DNA of 64,000 nucleotides from Octopus vulgaris (Eukaryota): NCBI GenBank assembly GCA_951406725.2, contig OX597835.1, positions 3,286,001 to 3,350,000 of the forward strand, read 5' to 3'. Shown piece by piece: positions 27,535 to 42,460 of this stretch (position 1 is its first letter; each line of letters starts with the position of its first letter). The notes under the pieces were generated by a model. It saw only the letters and a program-made list of their open reading frames with translations, ran no database searches and was not told where the DNA came from. The position numbers and the translations under genes were made by a program.

Positions 27535-28320
27535 TCGGGGCCTTACCTCAACGGCACTGACAGCCTATGGAAGAAGTTTAAGGACAATAGAAATCAGGAG
27601 AGGCATCTTCCAAGGGGACTGCCTGTCCCCACTGATCTTTGTACTGTGCATGATACCACTAATACTGATTCTGAGGAAAGCAAAGGCTGGGTATGTATTC
27701 AAAAGCCGCCAACAAAATCTCAACCACTTGTTATTCATGGATGACCTCAAACTTTATGGTAAAAATGAATCCCAAGTCAGTTCCGTCGTTGATACGATGT
27801 ATAGTTTCAGTGCTGATATCAGAATGGAGTTTGGTCTGAGAAAGTATGGTGTGTTAGTCTTGAAGAGAGGCAAAATCAAATGTATGGACGGGCTAGCGAT
27901 ACCGTTGAGGGACGTTATGAAACAGATAGAAAAGACGGACTATACGTACTTGGGGACATTGGAAATGGATAAATTGATGGAGAAAGAAATGACAGAAAAA
28001 CATAAGGTGGAGTACTTGTGCAGACTGAGACTGATCCTTAAGTCGAAATTAAACGGACGGAATAAGAATTGAATCTATCAACAACTGGGCGGTTTCATTC
28101 CTGAGATGTGGAGCAGAGATAATCGCATGGAGAGTAGACGAACTAAACAGCATAGACAGAGAGAGATAAGGAAGTTGATGACTAGACATGGGATACTCCA
28201 CCCAAAGAGCGACACAGACAGACTGCATGTATCAAGAAAAAGAAAGAGGGGGGAAGAGGACTTATTGGATGCAAACACAGCATTAGGGCAGAAGAAAACA
28301 ACATTGCATAGTATGTAAAA
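27535..28320 (+). mobile_element. Dong/R4-type LINE reverse transcriptase fragment
   Basis: RGIFQGDCLSPLIFVLCMIPL...NHLLFMDDLKLYGK...MEFGLRK...LHPKSDTDRLH; frameshifted. Confidence 0.8.
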
Positions 28321-30682
28321 AGGTTGCCCTCAGTAGCTGCCAAACCTCCTCTGCTGAAGGTAGGTGGAATTATATCGGGGAAGCTTTGTATACCACATCA
28401 ATAGATACTTTCGGCATGAGAGAAAGGCAAAACCCAGATTGGTTCAATGCTGGGCTCTGAGAGCTGGAGCCAGTTATCGAAGCAAAGCGTGCAGCTCTGA
28501 TGCAATACAAGAGTGATTCTTCTACAAAGTCACTCGAAGAACTCAGAAAGGCAAGAAATAAAACCCAACTGACAGCCAGACGCTGTGCAAATAGGTATTG
28601 GCAGGAAATCTGTCAGAGTATCCAGTCAGCTGCTGACAGGGGCGACACCCGTGGGATGTATGCCGGTTTGAAGAATGCCCTCGGTCCATCCGCAACCAAG
28701 TCGGCCCCTCTGAAATCAACTACTGGAGATCTCATCAGGGATCAAAGCAATCAAATGGATAGATGGGTGGAGCACTACCAGGATCTCTACTCACGGGAGA
28801 CTACAGTAGCTGAGGCTGCAATCGAGAGTGTCAAGATCTTGCCAGTCATGTGCGAACTTGACAGTCCGCCATCTATAGCAGAGCTCACCAAGGCTATTGA
28901 CTCCCTAGCAAGTAACAAGGCTCCGGGAAAAGACGGCATTCCCTCAGAGATCATCAAAGCCTGCAAAAACACCATCCTGCTTCGGCACGTTCATGATCTA
29001 CTGTGTCTGTGCTGGGAAGAGGGTACAGTCCCTCAGGATATGCGGGATGCTAACATCATTACGCTCTACAAAAACAAAGGTGACCGTGGTGATTGTAACA
29101 ATTACCGTGGAATATCTCTTCTAAGCACTGTTGGAAAGACCTTTGCTCGCGTTATCCTGGCCAGGCTACAACTACTTGCTTCTCGAATCTATCCGGAATC
29201 GCAGTGTGGCTTTAGAAGAAGCAGATGAACTATTGATATGATATTCTCCATACGCCAACTTCAGGAGAAGTCCAGAGAGCAGAAAATGCCACTATATATG
29301 ACCTTCATTAATCTAACAAAGGCCTTTGACTCGGTAAGTAGAAAAGGCCTCTTCATCCTACTCCAAAAAATCGGATGTCCACCAAAGCTGCTGAGGATCA
29401 TCAAGTCTTTCCATGATGATATGCAAGGCACCATACAGCACAATGGTTCAACACCAGCCGCCTTCCAAATAAAAAACGGGGTAAAGCAAGGTTGTGTCCT
29501 CGCTCCTACATTATTTGGCATTTTCTTCTCGCTCTTGCTCTCCCATGCCTTTCAGACATCAGATGATGGAGTGTTTCTGCACTGTAGAAGTGACGGGAAA
29601 CAGTTCAATCTCTCGCGCCTGCGTGCCAAGACCAAAATCAGAAACGTCCTGATCAAGGAGATGCTATTTGCTGATGATGCCGCTCTGGTATCACACACAG
29701 AAGAAGCCCTTCAAAGGCTCATTAACTGTTTTGAGCAAGCATGTAACGACTTTGACTTAGCTATCAGCCTTAAGAAGACCAACATCATGGGTCAGGCTAC
29801 ATCGGACATCCCAAACATACATATTGGAGACCACAGATTACAGGAGGTGGAGAAGTTTACCTATCTTGGCTCTACCGTCACCTACAACCTATCCCTTGAC
29901 GCTGAGCTCAATATACGCATTGGCAAGGCAGCTGCTGCGATGGCCCAACTCTCCAAACGGGCATGGGACAACAATCAGCTGACCAAGACCACGAAAATGA
30001 AGATCTACAAGGCATGTGTACTTAGCACTCTACTGTATGGAAGTGAGACTTGGACGCTATACACACGCCAAGAGCGTCGCCTAAACATCTTTCACCTGCG
30101 CTGCCTCCGGAAAAACCTCCGCATCAAATGGCAGAATCCTATCCCCAACAAAGATGTCCTCAGGCAAGCAGGAATACCAAGCATGTTTGCACTCCTCACA
30201 CAAAGACGTATGAGATGGCTTGGGCATGTTAGCTGTATGAAATATGGCAGAATCCCCAAGGACATACTCTACGGAGAGCTTGCAAGGGGCACTAGTTCTG
30301 TGGGTAGACCGTTCTTACGTTACAAGGATGTTTGCAAAAGGGACATGAAGGCCTGCAACATCAATATTAACAGTTGGGAAGCAATTGCCAGCAACCTTGC
30401 AGATTGGCGACGTACCGTAAAAGAGGGAATACAAAGGAGTGACAGAGAGAGAGAGAGGAGAAATGGAAAGACAAGAAAAGACGTCAACAAGAAACTATGA
30501 CACTACAACAAGCCAGGAACAGTCTTCGCTACATTTGCGGCACCTGCCAGAGGGAGTGTTTGTCCAGGATAGGACTACGCAGCCACGGCAGGAAATGTAT
30601 CAGGACACGAAATGTAAAAGCCGGACTGGACTATTTTATGCGCAACTCCATTGTCTCCCGAGACAAAAAGGATGCCAACCAA

Positions 30683-30685
<3 letters not shown>
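28320..30685 (+). mobile_element. RTE-clade LINE, 5'-truncated (RT plus C-terminal zinc finger), lightly degraded
   Basis: ORFs 28500-29228 and 29238-30500 are in frame across one TGA: KAPGKDGI, NYRGISLLS, ESQCGFR, LTKAFDSV, GVKQGCVLAPTLF, FADD, LYGSETW, RMRWLGHV. Frameshifted CGTCQRECLSRIGLRSH finger at the end. Confidence 0.92.
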
Positions 30686-30732
<47 letters not shown>

Positions 30733-31199
30733 GTATAGATTAGTAGATTAAGTATTTAGATTTAACTTAATATTTACCTCTATTTTCTATTGTAGTATGA
30801 TTATAGACATTTATATATGTATTTATTATATGATATATGTGGTTGTGTGTGTATGTATATATGTGTATATGATGATGTGTGTGTATGTATATGTATATGT
30901 ATATACATTTATTTATTTGTATGTGTGTGGGTGTGTATATATAGGTGTAAGTGTATATATTGAGTATTGTATGTATGTACATGTATGTATATGAGTGTGA
31001 AGATGTGTATGCGTGTATGTGTGTGTATATATGTGTGTATATATGTATATGTATGTATGTGTGTATGTATGTGTGTATGTGTATGTATATGTATATGTAT
31101 GTATATATATATGTATATATATATATGTATGTATATTTTTTTATATATTTATGTATACGTATGTATACTTATACTACAAATTTTGATAAGTATTTATAG

Positions 31200-32513
31200 A
31201 TTTGGTTATGATCACTAATTTTAGCTTATAATTATAAAGGCATGGGAAAGACTTTATAGTATGTTGAGGGGTTACTATATAAATAAATTTTTATATATTT
31301 ATTAATCTCATAAGATTTTTAGAATATATTTAATAATTAGTGGTTTTTAATCATTTAAATCATTTAATTTATTTTGTATTAAGTTTCATTTATCATAGTT
31401 ATTTTATTAAATAATATTATAGTATAGAGAGATTTTATTCTTTATTTGTGACTTCATTCTATTTACAATGATAAACAAATAATTTTCCCATTCACAATCA
31501 TTAATAAAACGTAGGTTCCTCACCCGTATTGAATTCTTCAACAATTTATTCTTTTTTTTGCTAATAACGTAATTACGAGAGTATTCTAATAAACGCTGTA
31601 AAGACGTTTTCCGATTCAAAATTTTAGTTCATTGCTAAACCTCGCTAAGATAAGTATGTATTTATTTAAGATCTTCAAATTGTAAATTTTAATATTGTAT
31701 AAGTCTTTGGAGTAATAATATTCCCCTTATGTAAATATCGTTGTTTTAACTTAGTTATTTCTTTAAATAGATATTCGCTAGTTATTCCCATTGATAATTA
31801 TATTTATAGTATTTATAGTGTTTATTCGATACTATATTACTACGAATGAATTATTTCTAAAAGTATTTTACATAAGATTTCCGAAAGTTCGTTTAAGTTT
31901 GTTTATTTATATTTTGAAATTAGCTATTTCATCTTTAAATATGAAAAATTAAATTTATTAGGTTTTTATTATATGTGCATATACATTTATTTATAGAGAT
32001 TATTTTAGATCTTAATTATAATATTTATATACATTTATATATTTTCATTGATAATTTATATATATTAGTCATTTTTAAATATTTATGTAATTAGATATAG
32101 ACTAATACCGATATTAGATTATGGGTGGGTTTCCTACTTTATAAATTAAAATTAATATTTAACATTATAGTCGATTTTGATATAATCATAATTGTTAAGT
32201 TCTATGTTTCTAGTTTGATAATAGAGTTTATTATAAGTAAAATTATTATATTATTTATATCTTAAAAATATTGTTTAAATATTTCTGATTATATTTTAGA
32301 TATTTCAATCACCTGAAGATTGACTGTAACCATAACTCGAATTATTACGAATTGGACAGACATGAAACGATCGTAGTGTTTTAATCATTATCTTTTATTA
32401 ATCTTTTAATACTTTTGATATATATTTAAAATAATTTAAATTAATTAATTTTATGTATTGGCTTAAGTTTTTCATTGTTTGATTTGCCTAAAAGTGGTTT
32501 TATCTCTAATTTA

Positions 32514-32520
<7 letters not shown>
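31200..32520 (+). mobile_element. Very AT-rich decayed element ending in a hammerhead; probable Penelope-like 3' end
   Basis: Same layout (AT-rich body, hammerhead, short tail, (TA)n) as the two clearer PLEs. No convincing protein motif read. Confidence 0.4.
32307..32380 (+). ncRNA. Type I hammerhead ribozyme (CUGAAGA core, GUA site)
   Basis: atcac-CTGAAGA-[ttgactgt...acagacat]-GAAAC-gatc-GTA-gtgtt. Palindromic stem III ACGATCGT. Confidence 0.7.
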
Positions 32521-32570
<50 letters not shown>

Positions 32571-32824
32571 GTGTGATTGTATGTATGTGTGGGTTTCAAT
32601 ATTTGACATTTTTTCTACAATATTGCAAGAAAATGTACGAGACTTCGTGGTCGTCCAACTTTCAAGGAATTACAGAAAGATCCTCATCAAACCAAGTGCA
32701 ACACGGGATGTGGCGTGGCAGCTGCAACAAAGGTCGTTGGCCATCCTCTGCAGCTACGTCATCTCACCAATCACCGCGGGATGCGACTGAGCACATGATT
32801 ATTTCTGGGGTATGTGGCCCATCG

Positions 32825-32856
<32 letters not shown>

Positions 32857-33049
32857 ATCTCTATCTCTCTTTCTTTACAATAATATTGTGTGACATTGCA
32901 ATGTAAAATCTTAACATCCATATACATAATTTAAAGGCCAATATCACAGCGAAGAACGAAGCACTGAGATTTTCTTACCGTTTCAATAGATTAAAAACAA
33001 ATAGCACAGCGAATAACGAAACACCAAGTACTTGCGATGCTTTAATATT

Positions 33050-33055
33050 TTTATT
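33050..33055 (-). promoter_or_regulatory. Candidate polyadenylation signal AATAAA for gene copy 2
   Basis: AATAAA on the minus strand ~80 nt downstream of the TAA stop at 33132-33134. AT-rich context limits specificity. Confidence 0.35.
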
Positions 33056-33131
33056 TCATTGGAATTTCATTAAAATTTGACGGATTAATAGCATAAATAT
33101 ATTAGATATTAAATACATTCGTCGTATTAAT

Positions 33132-33267
33132 TTAGGCCTTATATTTAACACACGAGCAATAATCTCTGGTTCGTATACACTCGTAACCGGGGCAGCATAC
33201 ACACCTTTTATTTGCTCCTTGACCCGCACATCCTCTTGTTAAACATGCACTTCTCTTAATCCTTTCA
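33132..33267 (-). CDS. Cys-rich peptide gene copy 2, mature-peptide exon: (S)ERIKR|SACLTRGCAGQGANKRCVCCPGYECIRTRDYCSCVKYKA*
   Basis: Read manually (below the ORF-track cutoff). Acceptor ttttgtatttacag|T GAA AGG ATT AAG AGA, furin-type RIKR, 8 Cys in the same spacing, TAA stop. Confidence 0.88.
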
Positions 33268-34614
33268 CTGTAAATACAAAATATAGTAGAGAATACAAAA
33301 TATTATTAAACCGGCGTTGCTCGTGTTACATGCAATTGAAGAATTAGACTTTTCTGTTATATTTTCTGTAATGAACTGGAATACCTATGATTCGAATTTC
33401 TTCAAAATTGTAGATAAGCGTTGTTTCCCTCTTTACACACCCTAAAAAAATTGTAATCGTGCTACATGTATCCCATACTACTGAATTTTATGCGCATATT
33501 CCAAAATTCCAGTCTTATCGAATCTGTTAAAAGGATTTTGCTCCTGAAAAATGAAGATCATGGAGCTCTAAAATGTGAGAGTTAAGGCCCCTGTTGGGCG
33601 TGGGTGTCTTAATGTCAGGAAGAGAAGTTGCATTGTTGAGAATCTTTTTAACTTGGGTCTTATATCTATTGTTTGAATTTCTTTGAAATAGGAAATATAT
33701 GTTCACTGGGTTTGTAAAAGATAGTAAAGCTACAGGAAACGAAAAGACGAATGATCACAATAAGCAGTCAGCTACCCTACCCTAGTCGTTACCACTTCCA
33801 AAGTAGGCTTTCTCACCATCCAGGTGACAGGCACAGCCGTTAGATGCATTATGGATCTATAGCAATTGGAAGGGCGTGACCCAACTGAAATAAACATTAA
33901 CAACTGTGTGACGTGAGGGCTAAGGAGAAATGAAAATGTCACCTGTGGAGATGGCAAATGACCACTACACTGATACGTAAGTGGGCAGAATAAATTTGCA
34001 ATCTATAAACGTCTTTGAATAACAAGTCACTCATCTGGGAAGGCCTTGAAATCAGTGTTACCATCTGGGGACTATGTGTGACCCAGTGATAATAAAAAGA
34101 CTGAAAGAAGGTCTGCAATCAAATAACTTTACTCAACACTTTGCAACTGAAGCAGTGGAGGCAAAGATGCCTGTCATTTACTTGACAATTTATGCAGCAC
34201 ATTACAGAAATAACAATGTAAGTGTATGTGAAAGCAAACTGTTACACTTTTGCACCATTGAATTACAAATAATGCTCATCTTTTATGCTCTGGTAACCCT
34301 ACAGCTTCTAAGAGCACAACTGTATTCGTTTTTGCTTAGATAAAATGACAAAATTGTGGGTGTTAAGTCCCCATGGAGGGGTCTTTCTAACTTGTAAGAA
34401 GGTGAAATTTTTAAAAAATTACTTCATTTGTGTCTAATATCTACGGTTAAAATTTTATCAACAGGAAAAATATATGAATTGTCATGGAGGTTATGGCCCT
34501 TATGCATAGAATATAATATCCAAATTTCATAAAGATCCATTCAGTACTTTTGACCTCGTTTTGGATCATAATAGACATGACTAAAATTTGGGAGTTAAGG
34601 CCGCCATTAGGGTG

Positions 34615-34713
<99 letters not shown>

Positions 34714-36149
34714 TACACACACACAAAGATAAATTGATAGATACAACTGAGTGGGCAAACAAAAATATGAGACACAGCCTAGTGCTTTTTTATGTTGATA
34801 AGCCTGGTACTTATTCTATTAGTTTGTTCTTGTGAAACCAATAAGTTATAGTGATGTAAATAAATGAACAGCAGTTGTGAAGCAGTGATGAGGGTGAAAC
34901 ACAGAGAGAAAGACAGACACATACACTTACATATATACATACATATATATAAGATTGATTTGTTTCAGTTCCTGTCTACGAAATCCATATATATACATAC
35001 ACACACATACACAAAGATAAATTGGTAGATACAACTGGGCAAAAAAAAATATGAGACACTGCATAGTCGGTTTTTTTATTTTGATATTCCTGGTACTTAT
35101 TCTATCAGTTTCTTCTGACACCAGTAAGTTATGGGGATTTAAATAAACGAACACTAGTTGTGAAGCAGTGATGAGGGAGAAACGCAAAGACACACTCATA
35201 GACTTACATTTATATATACATATATATATACAATTCATTTCTTTCAGTTTCTGTCTACAAAATCCACTGACAAGGCTTTGGTTGGTCTGAGGCTATAGCA
35301 GAAGACACATGCCAAGTTACCACACAGTGGGACTGAACTGAGGACCATGTGTTTTGGAACCAAGATTGTTACCACACACCCACACCTGCACCTATGTATG
35401 TGTGTGTGTGTGTGTGGAAGGTCACATTGACACACAACGAAGCCGGCAGCCCAGAATGAAAGCACAGAGTTTACAGAAAGCTATTGGCTCATTTCTTGCC
35501 CAAACATTATGCACAAACTGAATGCTGCCACATTCCTTCACTACCATTTCGTGTCCAACGACATGATGACAGATGTACAGGAAGGTGAAAAGTGGCGAAT
35601 GTGGGGATGGCCGGAACAGATTTTCAGAAACAAACCTCAACTGTTTGAAGTGAACGAAAGAAAAACCGTTGGAAACTTGCAACAGTATCGCTTGATTGTG
35701 GACATTCTATTTCCCCATTATATCCTATTACTTTTGAAGACATCACACATAGGATCAACAGCTACCAAAAAATATCAAGGTTCTACCGCCCTATGCGACA
35801 CGACATTGTCGCCAACACAAGAGAAACAATGCCATTCCGGTAGTAAGATTGTCCTGGAATGTATATAGTGAAACCCTGTTGTTACATACATACATAGACA
35901 TCAACGAAACGAATGCTGGTGGAATATTAACATCAGAATATCTGTCAATGTAAAAATAACTGGTCGGATAACATAACTTGAAGCAAGCAAGAAAATGAAA
36001 AAACTGTCATAGAGATCTCCGGTCTTGCTCGCATGAATATCTCTTTGAAAACCAAAGAGGAGGATGGTAACACTGGACAACTGTTGCAACGCTTCAGCTT
36101 CTGTTGGGTTGTCCGGAATGTTCGTGCCGATTTTTAAAGGAAAGAAAAA

Positions 36150-36420
36150 GGTCAATAAATACTTGCCCATTACATTTTTAATCAACCAAATATGAACCAT
36201 TTTGTTTCACAATGATCTCCATCTTTCATTTAATTTGAAAATACCCTCTTCCCAGAATTGAAGTGGTTTCATGGCAAAGAATTCATCAAGGTATCCTTTT
36301 ACGTCACCCAAGGAATTGAAATTTTTACCATTAAGACTATTCTGCAGGGACCTAAATAAGTGAAAATCCGAAGGAGCAATATCTGGTGAATATGCAGCCG
36401 AGCTGCAGCAATTTTTGTCT
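36150..36420 (-). mobile_element. Mariner transposase fragment (duplicate)
   Basis: AYSPDIAPSDFHLFRSLQNSL. Confidence 0.85.
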
Positions 36421-36515
36421 GATTCCCAAAGCATCAAGTGCCGAAAATGAACTTTCTTATCTTGCCAATACTAAATTAATTACATTTGTATGAGACGTAC
36501 ATATGTTGTTCTTAC

Positions 36516-36564
36516 CTTTCCTTTTTTCTACTCAAACCTGTCTCTTGATGGAAGGGAGCGACAT
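36516..36564 (-). CDS. Cys-rich peptide gene copy 2, propeptide exon (49 bp): (N)VAPFHQETGLSRKKE(S)
   Basis: ctcttttag|AT...AG|gtaaga; phase 1/phase 2. Confidence 0.82.
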
Positions 36565-37382
36565 CTAAAAGAGATATTAAAATATATATTGAAGAAGTAA
36601 ATATCCATTTACCGATATTTCGTGTGGAAATACACAAAATGCCCATGAAGCACTCAACAGGTAATTCATTGAATAGAGGAGAATGTATCAAATGGAGGAT
36701 AATGTAAAATTCATTGAATAGAGGAGAATGTATTTATGGTAACACCATCTGAAACAAGATGGAGGATCATGACGACCGGAACTCGAATTTCCTCACTCCT
36801 ACACTTAAATATGGCTCATCTCTGTAGTGATGGATGTTTTTAATACATAAAAGGAGATAAAAACCAATAAAGAGCAATAAAAAGGAATGGCAAGAAAACA
36901 AACAAAACAACACATGAAACATTATATACATCATTTGCTGATTCTCTTCCCTTAATTATTTTAATAATGAAGAATTTTAAAGGCGTCGGCGTGTGTGAAA
37001 AGAATCGTTAGCTCGACAAAATATGCTTAGAGGAATTGCGTTCGTGCTTACGTTCTGATCAAATACAGGAGTAACAGATGAGAGCACACCACTAGAATTC
37101 TTCTCGATTTGTATATAAAAGATTCGTCAGTTATATTGTTAATTAAATGTCATATATTATATAGAAGAAGCGTAAATCCGTATACTCGGTCTAAGAGTAG
37201 TGTATATAAAAAGTGAGTTATTTTTTTTGAAAGCTGTTAAAACATATAAATGGAGTATAACCGAAAGACCGCTGAGGTAGCGTTATTCATTTTCCTCTTT
37301 TCCACCTTTCTGTTTTCCCCCTTTTTTTCTCCACTACATTTCACATTATTATAAAATAAAAGAATTTTACAATTATACTTAC

Positions 37383-37446
37383 TTTGTTTAACCGAGAAGG
37401 TGTATGAAATGAATACACAAAACAATAGGACACTGATGCCTTTCAT
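37383..37446 (-). CDS. Cys-rich peptide gene copy 2, signal-peptide exon: MKGISVLLFCVFISYTFSVKQ
   Basis: Acceptor tttgtctatcatcag| (exon from 37453), ATG AAA followed by a hydrophobic core, consensus donor CAA A|gtaagt (phase 1). Confidence 0.82.
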
Positions 37447-38239
37447 CACGCACCTGATGATAGACAAATATAGCAGTGAGAGTCATTAATAGAAAAGCAT
37501 TTTTTTCTTACAAAGAAGCAGAAGTCTACAGCTGAAGTTTAGGTAACAATTATCTTTTAGCTGTTCTGAAAATCCAAGATTTACCATATAAACAATTAGT
37601 AATATAGCTAATTTAATTGCACCAAAAATACGAATCTAAGTATATATTTTGATGAAGATGACGCCTTCGAAGCGTTTGTCCGTAAACATTCTCCATACTG
37701 TTAACACTGAATGAATGTTCTTACTTCAAGGTTTTCTGACTTCTATATTATTATTATTTCTGTCGCAAACAAATATGTAAGGCTTGTCACTTTGCATTTG
37801 ACAGAATGTTCTTTGTGAAATGTACACTGTCAAAAGTATATTTTTCTCTATTTTCTATAACCAAAATCAGTCTTTGCTGCACATTTCACTGCATATTTGA
37901 TTAACGTGTTGCACCGGCAGTATCTAACACCATACCTGAGTAAACATAATTGTTTGCTGTTAAACACATGTGTCATTTGATCCGCGCACACAAACTTACG
38001 CAATCGACCTTTTCTGAAATACAACACTATCTGAAAGAGCATAATATTACGTATGAATTTTAATTAACGGCCTCTCTAATTTCTTTTATCTATTCAGCTA
38101 CTAATCTCGGCAAGGAAGAACTAGGCAAAGAAATCGATGAACAGGTACTCCAGGTATACAACTTATACCTGAAGAATGTTATGCATTGGTACACATACGG
38201 CAATTACAAACGGCTTAAGCTCTACCACTACCACCATCA

Positions 38240-38343
38240 TCATTACCATAACATACTCTGTCTATTGCTATTACTTAATCACAAACAGCCACAATGAATA
38301 ATTTAAATGTTTACATACTTGTTAGATTCCAACGGTATTTATA
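38240..38343 (-). promoter_or_regulatory. Putative TATA box (38336-38343) and exon 1 of gene copy 2
   Basis: TATAAATA. ATG TTA TG|gtaatg (38254-38247) would splice in frame to |G TGC GTG ATG AAA, giving MLWCVMKG...; alternatively a non-coding exon ending TAA|gtaata. Confidence 0.5.
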
Positions 38344-38545
38344 CAAAGAGCGCAGTAGACTTTCTCAGGTGCAAAGCTGAAACTGGTTGATGATGGTTGT
38401 GTAGTGTTAGTTATTCAGTGGACAGATATAAACAGTCCTTACTCGAGTTGTCGTTTCCTTTGGTTTTTCTGAATTTGCACTCCTCACGTCTTTCTTTTTA
38501 TATTTACACACATATCCGCGCTCGCGCATTCATTTAAAGATACAC

Positions 38546-38593
<48 letters not shown>

Positions 38594-38826
38594 GTATACA
38601 TATACGTTTGTGTATGTGTGTGTGTGTGTGTGTCTACTCTTTATGCACCTTAGAACAATCATAGCATCTGATGTGGCTTTTTAACTCAGACAATGTTTTG
38701 AAAAGACACACACAGAGATTACACATCCGATTTGGCCCACCAAGAGCTGAAGATAAGTCTGTATGTCTGTATGTATGTATGTATGGCTGGATGGATGGAT
38801 GTACATGTATATATATATATGTATAC

Positions 38827-38869
<43 letters not shown>

Positions 38870-38952
38870 CATATACATATACATCCATCCATACATACAT
38901 ACAAATATTATATATATGTATATATACATATATACGTGTATATATATATACG

Positions 38953-39001
<49 letters not shown>

Positions 39002-39099
39002 ACTTGTTTTATTTATATTTCCTGAGCGCCATACTAATACAATTGTTTGTTTGTTTTCCACCTGCCTTCGTCTTTTGTCTATTTTCATAAAGCTTCCCG

Positions 39100-39182
<83 letters not shown>

Positions 39183-39769
39183 ACAGCATGATTTATACGA
39201 TTTGATTCAATATTTATTATCTCTTGTAATTCAACAGCTGTGTGAAATAGTGAATAGAAAACGTCATTAGAAGCTATATCAAATTTATGTCCCAAGTTAG
39301 GCCAACGTTCACCTTGGGAGACGTCAAAATTTTGAATTGAAACACGATAATGCTTATATGTTGCATTTTTACACAACAATACATAAACAGAAGATACAAA
39401 TATTACAGGCATCGCCCCCACACATACACTTACTAAGCATAGACGCACATAGGGATATACGCATGCGCAAATGAAGACACGGACAATAGAAATACAAAAT
39501 GGCTGACCGTTAGTAAGGAGAGACACACAAATAAGAAAGAAGAAAGCAAAGGACCACTGATGCGGTCACAGGACTGTGACGAAAGAACTTTGGCCGAAAT
39601 AAGATTATGTTTAATGTAAAAAATAAATAACACTGAAGCAAAGTAACACCAAATATATAGTGCGTGTGTTTTTATTATTCGAACGGGTAAAATGACCATT
39701 CCGAAATGCAACAATATCTGTTTCAACACATGATTTCACATAAAAACTTTGCACCACATATATATAAAC

Positions 39770-39840
<71 letters not shown>

Positions 39841-39855
39841 ATTAATAATAATAAT

Positions 39856-39895
<40 letters not shown>

Positions 39896-39901
39896 TTAAT
39901 G

Positions 39902-39940
<39 letters not shown>

Positions 39941-40051
39941 GTAATAATAATAATAATCATTATTATAATAATCATAATAATAATAATCATGATAATAATA
40001 ATAATAATAATGATAATTATAATAATAATAATAATAATAATATTAATAAGG

Positions 40052-40099
<48 letters not shown>

Positions 40100-40126
40100 G
40101 TAATAGTAATAATGATGATAATAATG

Positions 40127-40162
<36 letters not shown>

Positions 40163-40186
40163 GTAATAATAAAAATAATAATGATG

Positions 40187-40263
<77 letters not shown>

Positions 40264-40278
40264 AAGAAGAAGAAGAAT

Positions 40279-41175
<897 letters not shown>

Positions 41176-41589
41176 TAATAATAATAATAATAATAATGAT
41201 AATAATAATAATAATAAGGAAGGCGGCTGGACATGACAGAAGCTGGACGTGTTTTTTTCGCTGCTCTGACCTGGCAGCAGCTAACCCAGCAGGACAACTG
41301 AAAAAACATCTGTAAAAAAACTGGAAGATCTACTGTTTTCTGTGAGTAATTTGAATTTCCCTCAAAATAAGTTAAGGAACTTCCATATCTACAGCTTAGG
41401 ACATACAACCGAACACCTAACAAAACAATTAGAAACATAAACATCTCCAATTTTGTGTGAACATTTTGTCGTCTCTTCTTCCTTGATTATCAGAATATGT
41501 AAAATTGCCTTTTATTGAAACAACACAATTAAATGCACGATAAAAAATTATGGAAGTAAGCACCTGCTAATATATACAAACGATGCGTG

Positions 41590-41653
<64 letters not shown>

Positions 41654-42124
41654 GAAATTTAAAAAATCATCAACGTGAATATCAGATAATATGTGTGTGT
41701 GAGTATATATGTACATATACATATGTGTGTGTGAGTACACGTATACATGTGTGTGTGGGTATATATATGCATACATAGTCTTTTTTTCTCTTCCTACCAT
41801 TAATTACAAATATAACAAGCTGAAAAAAGTAAACAGGTTTGACCTCTCCTGACCATGAATGTCCTTTGTCCCTTGGGCTATCTCTCCACCATCCGCTGAA
41901 TCTATTTATAGACCCATAGAGCATGACCTCTTCACCAATCACTGCCCCAAACAATGGTAGTAGTGGTGGTGATGGTGATAATGATAAAAACAAAAATAAC
42001 AATAAGATACTGTTGGTACTACACATAAAACAATATCATTGATGATGATGGTGCTGATGGTGATGGTGATGATGATAATAATGATAGTAATTTTGCTGAT
42101 AATCTATCTATCCATCTACACACA

Positions 42125-42186
<62 letters not shown>

Positions 42187-42429
42187 TCAGCCAACACAAA
42201 CCTCACCTCCGCTCTTTAGATGTTAAGCAAATATGAAAGTATCATCTGACAGGCAAGAATTCTGGCGTTGAAGACAGCCAGCCAGCCAGCCAGCCAACCA
42301 CCCAGCCAGCCAACGAGACAGACAGACACACAACTCAACCCGCTGCCAACGTACTGTGATGGTGATAATGATAAAAACAAAAATAACAATAATAAGATAC
42401 TGCTGTGACTACACATAAAACAATATCAT

Positions 42430-42460
<31 letters not shown>

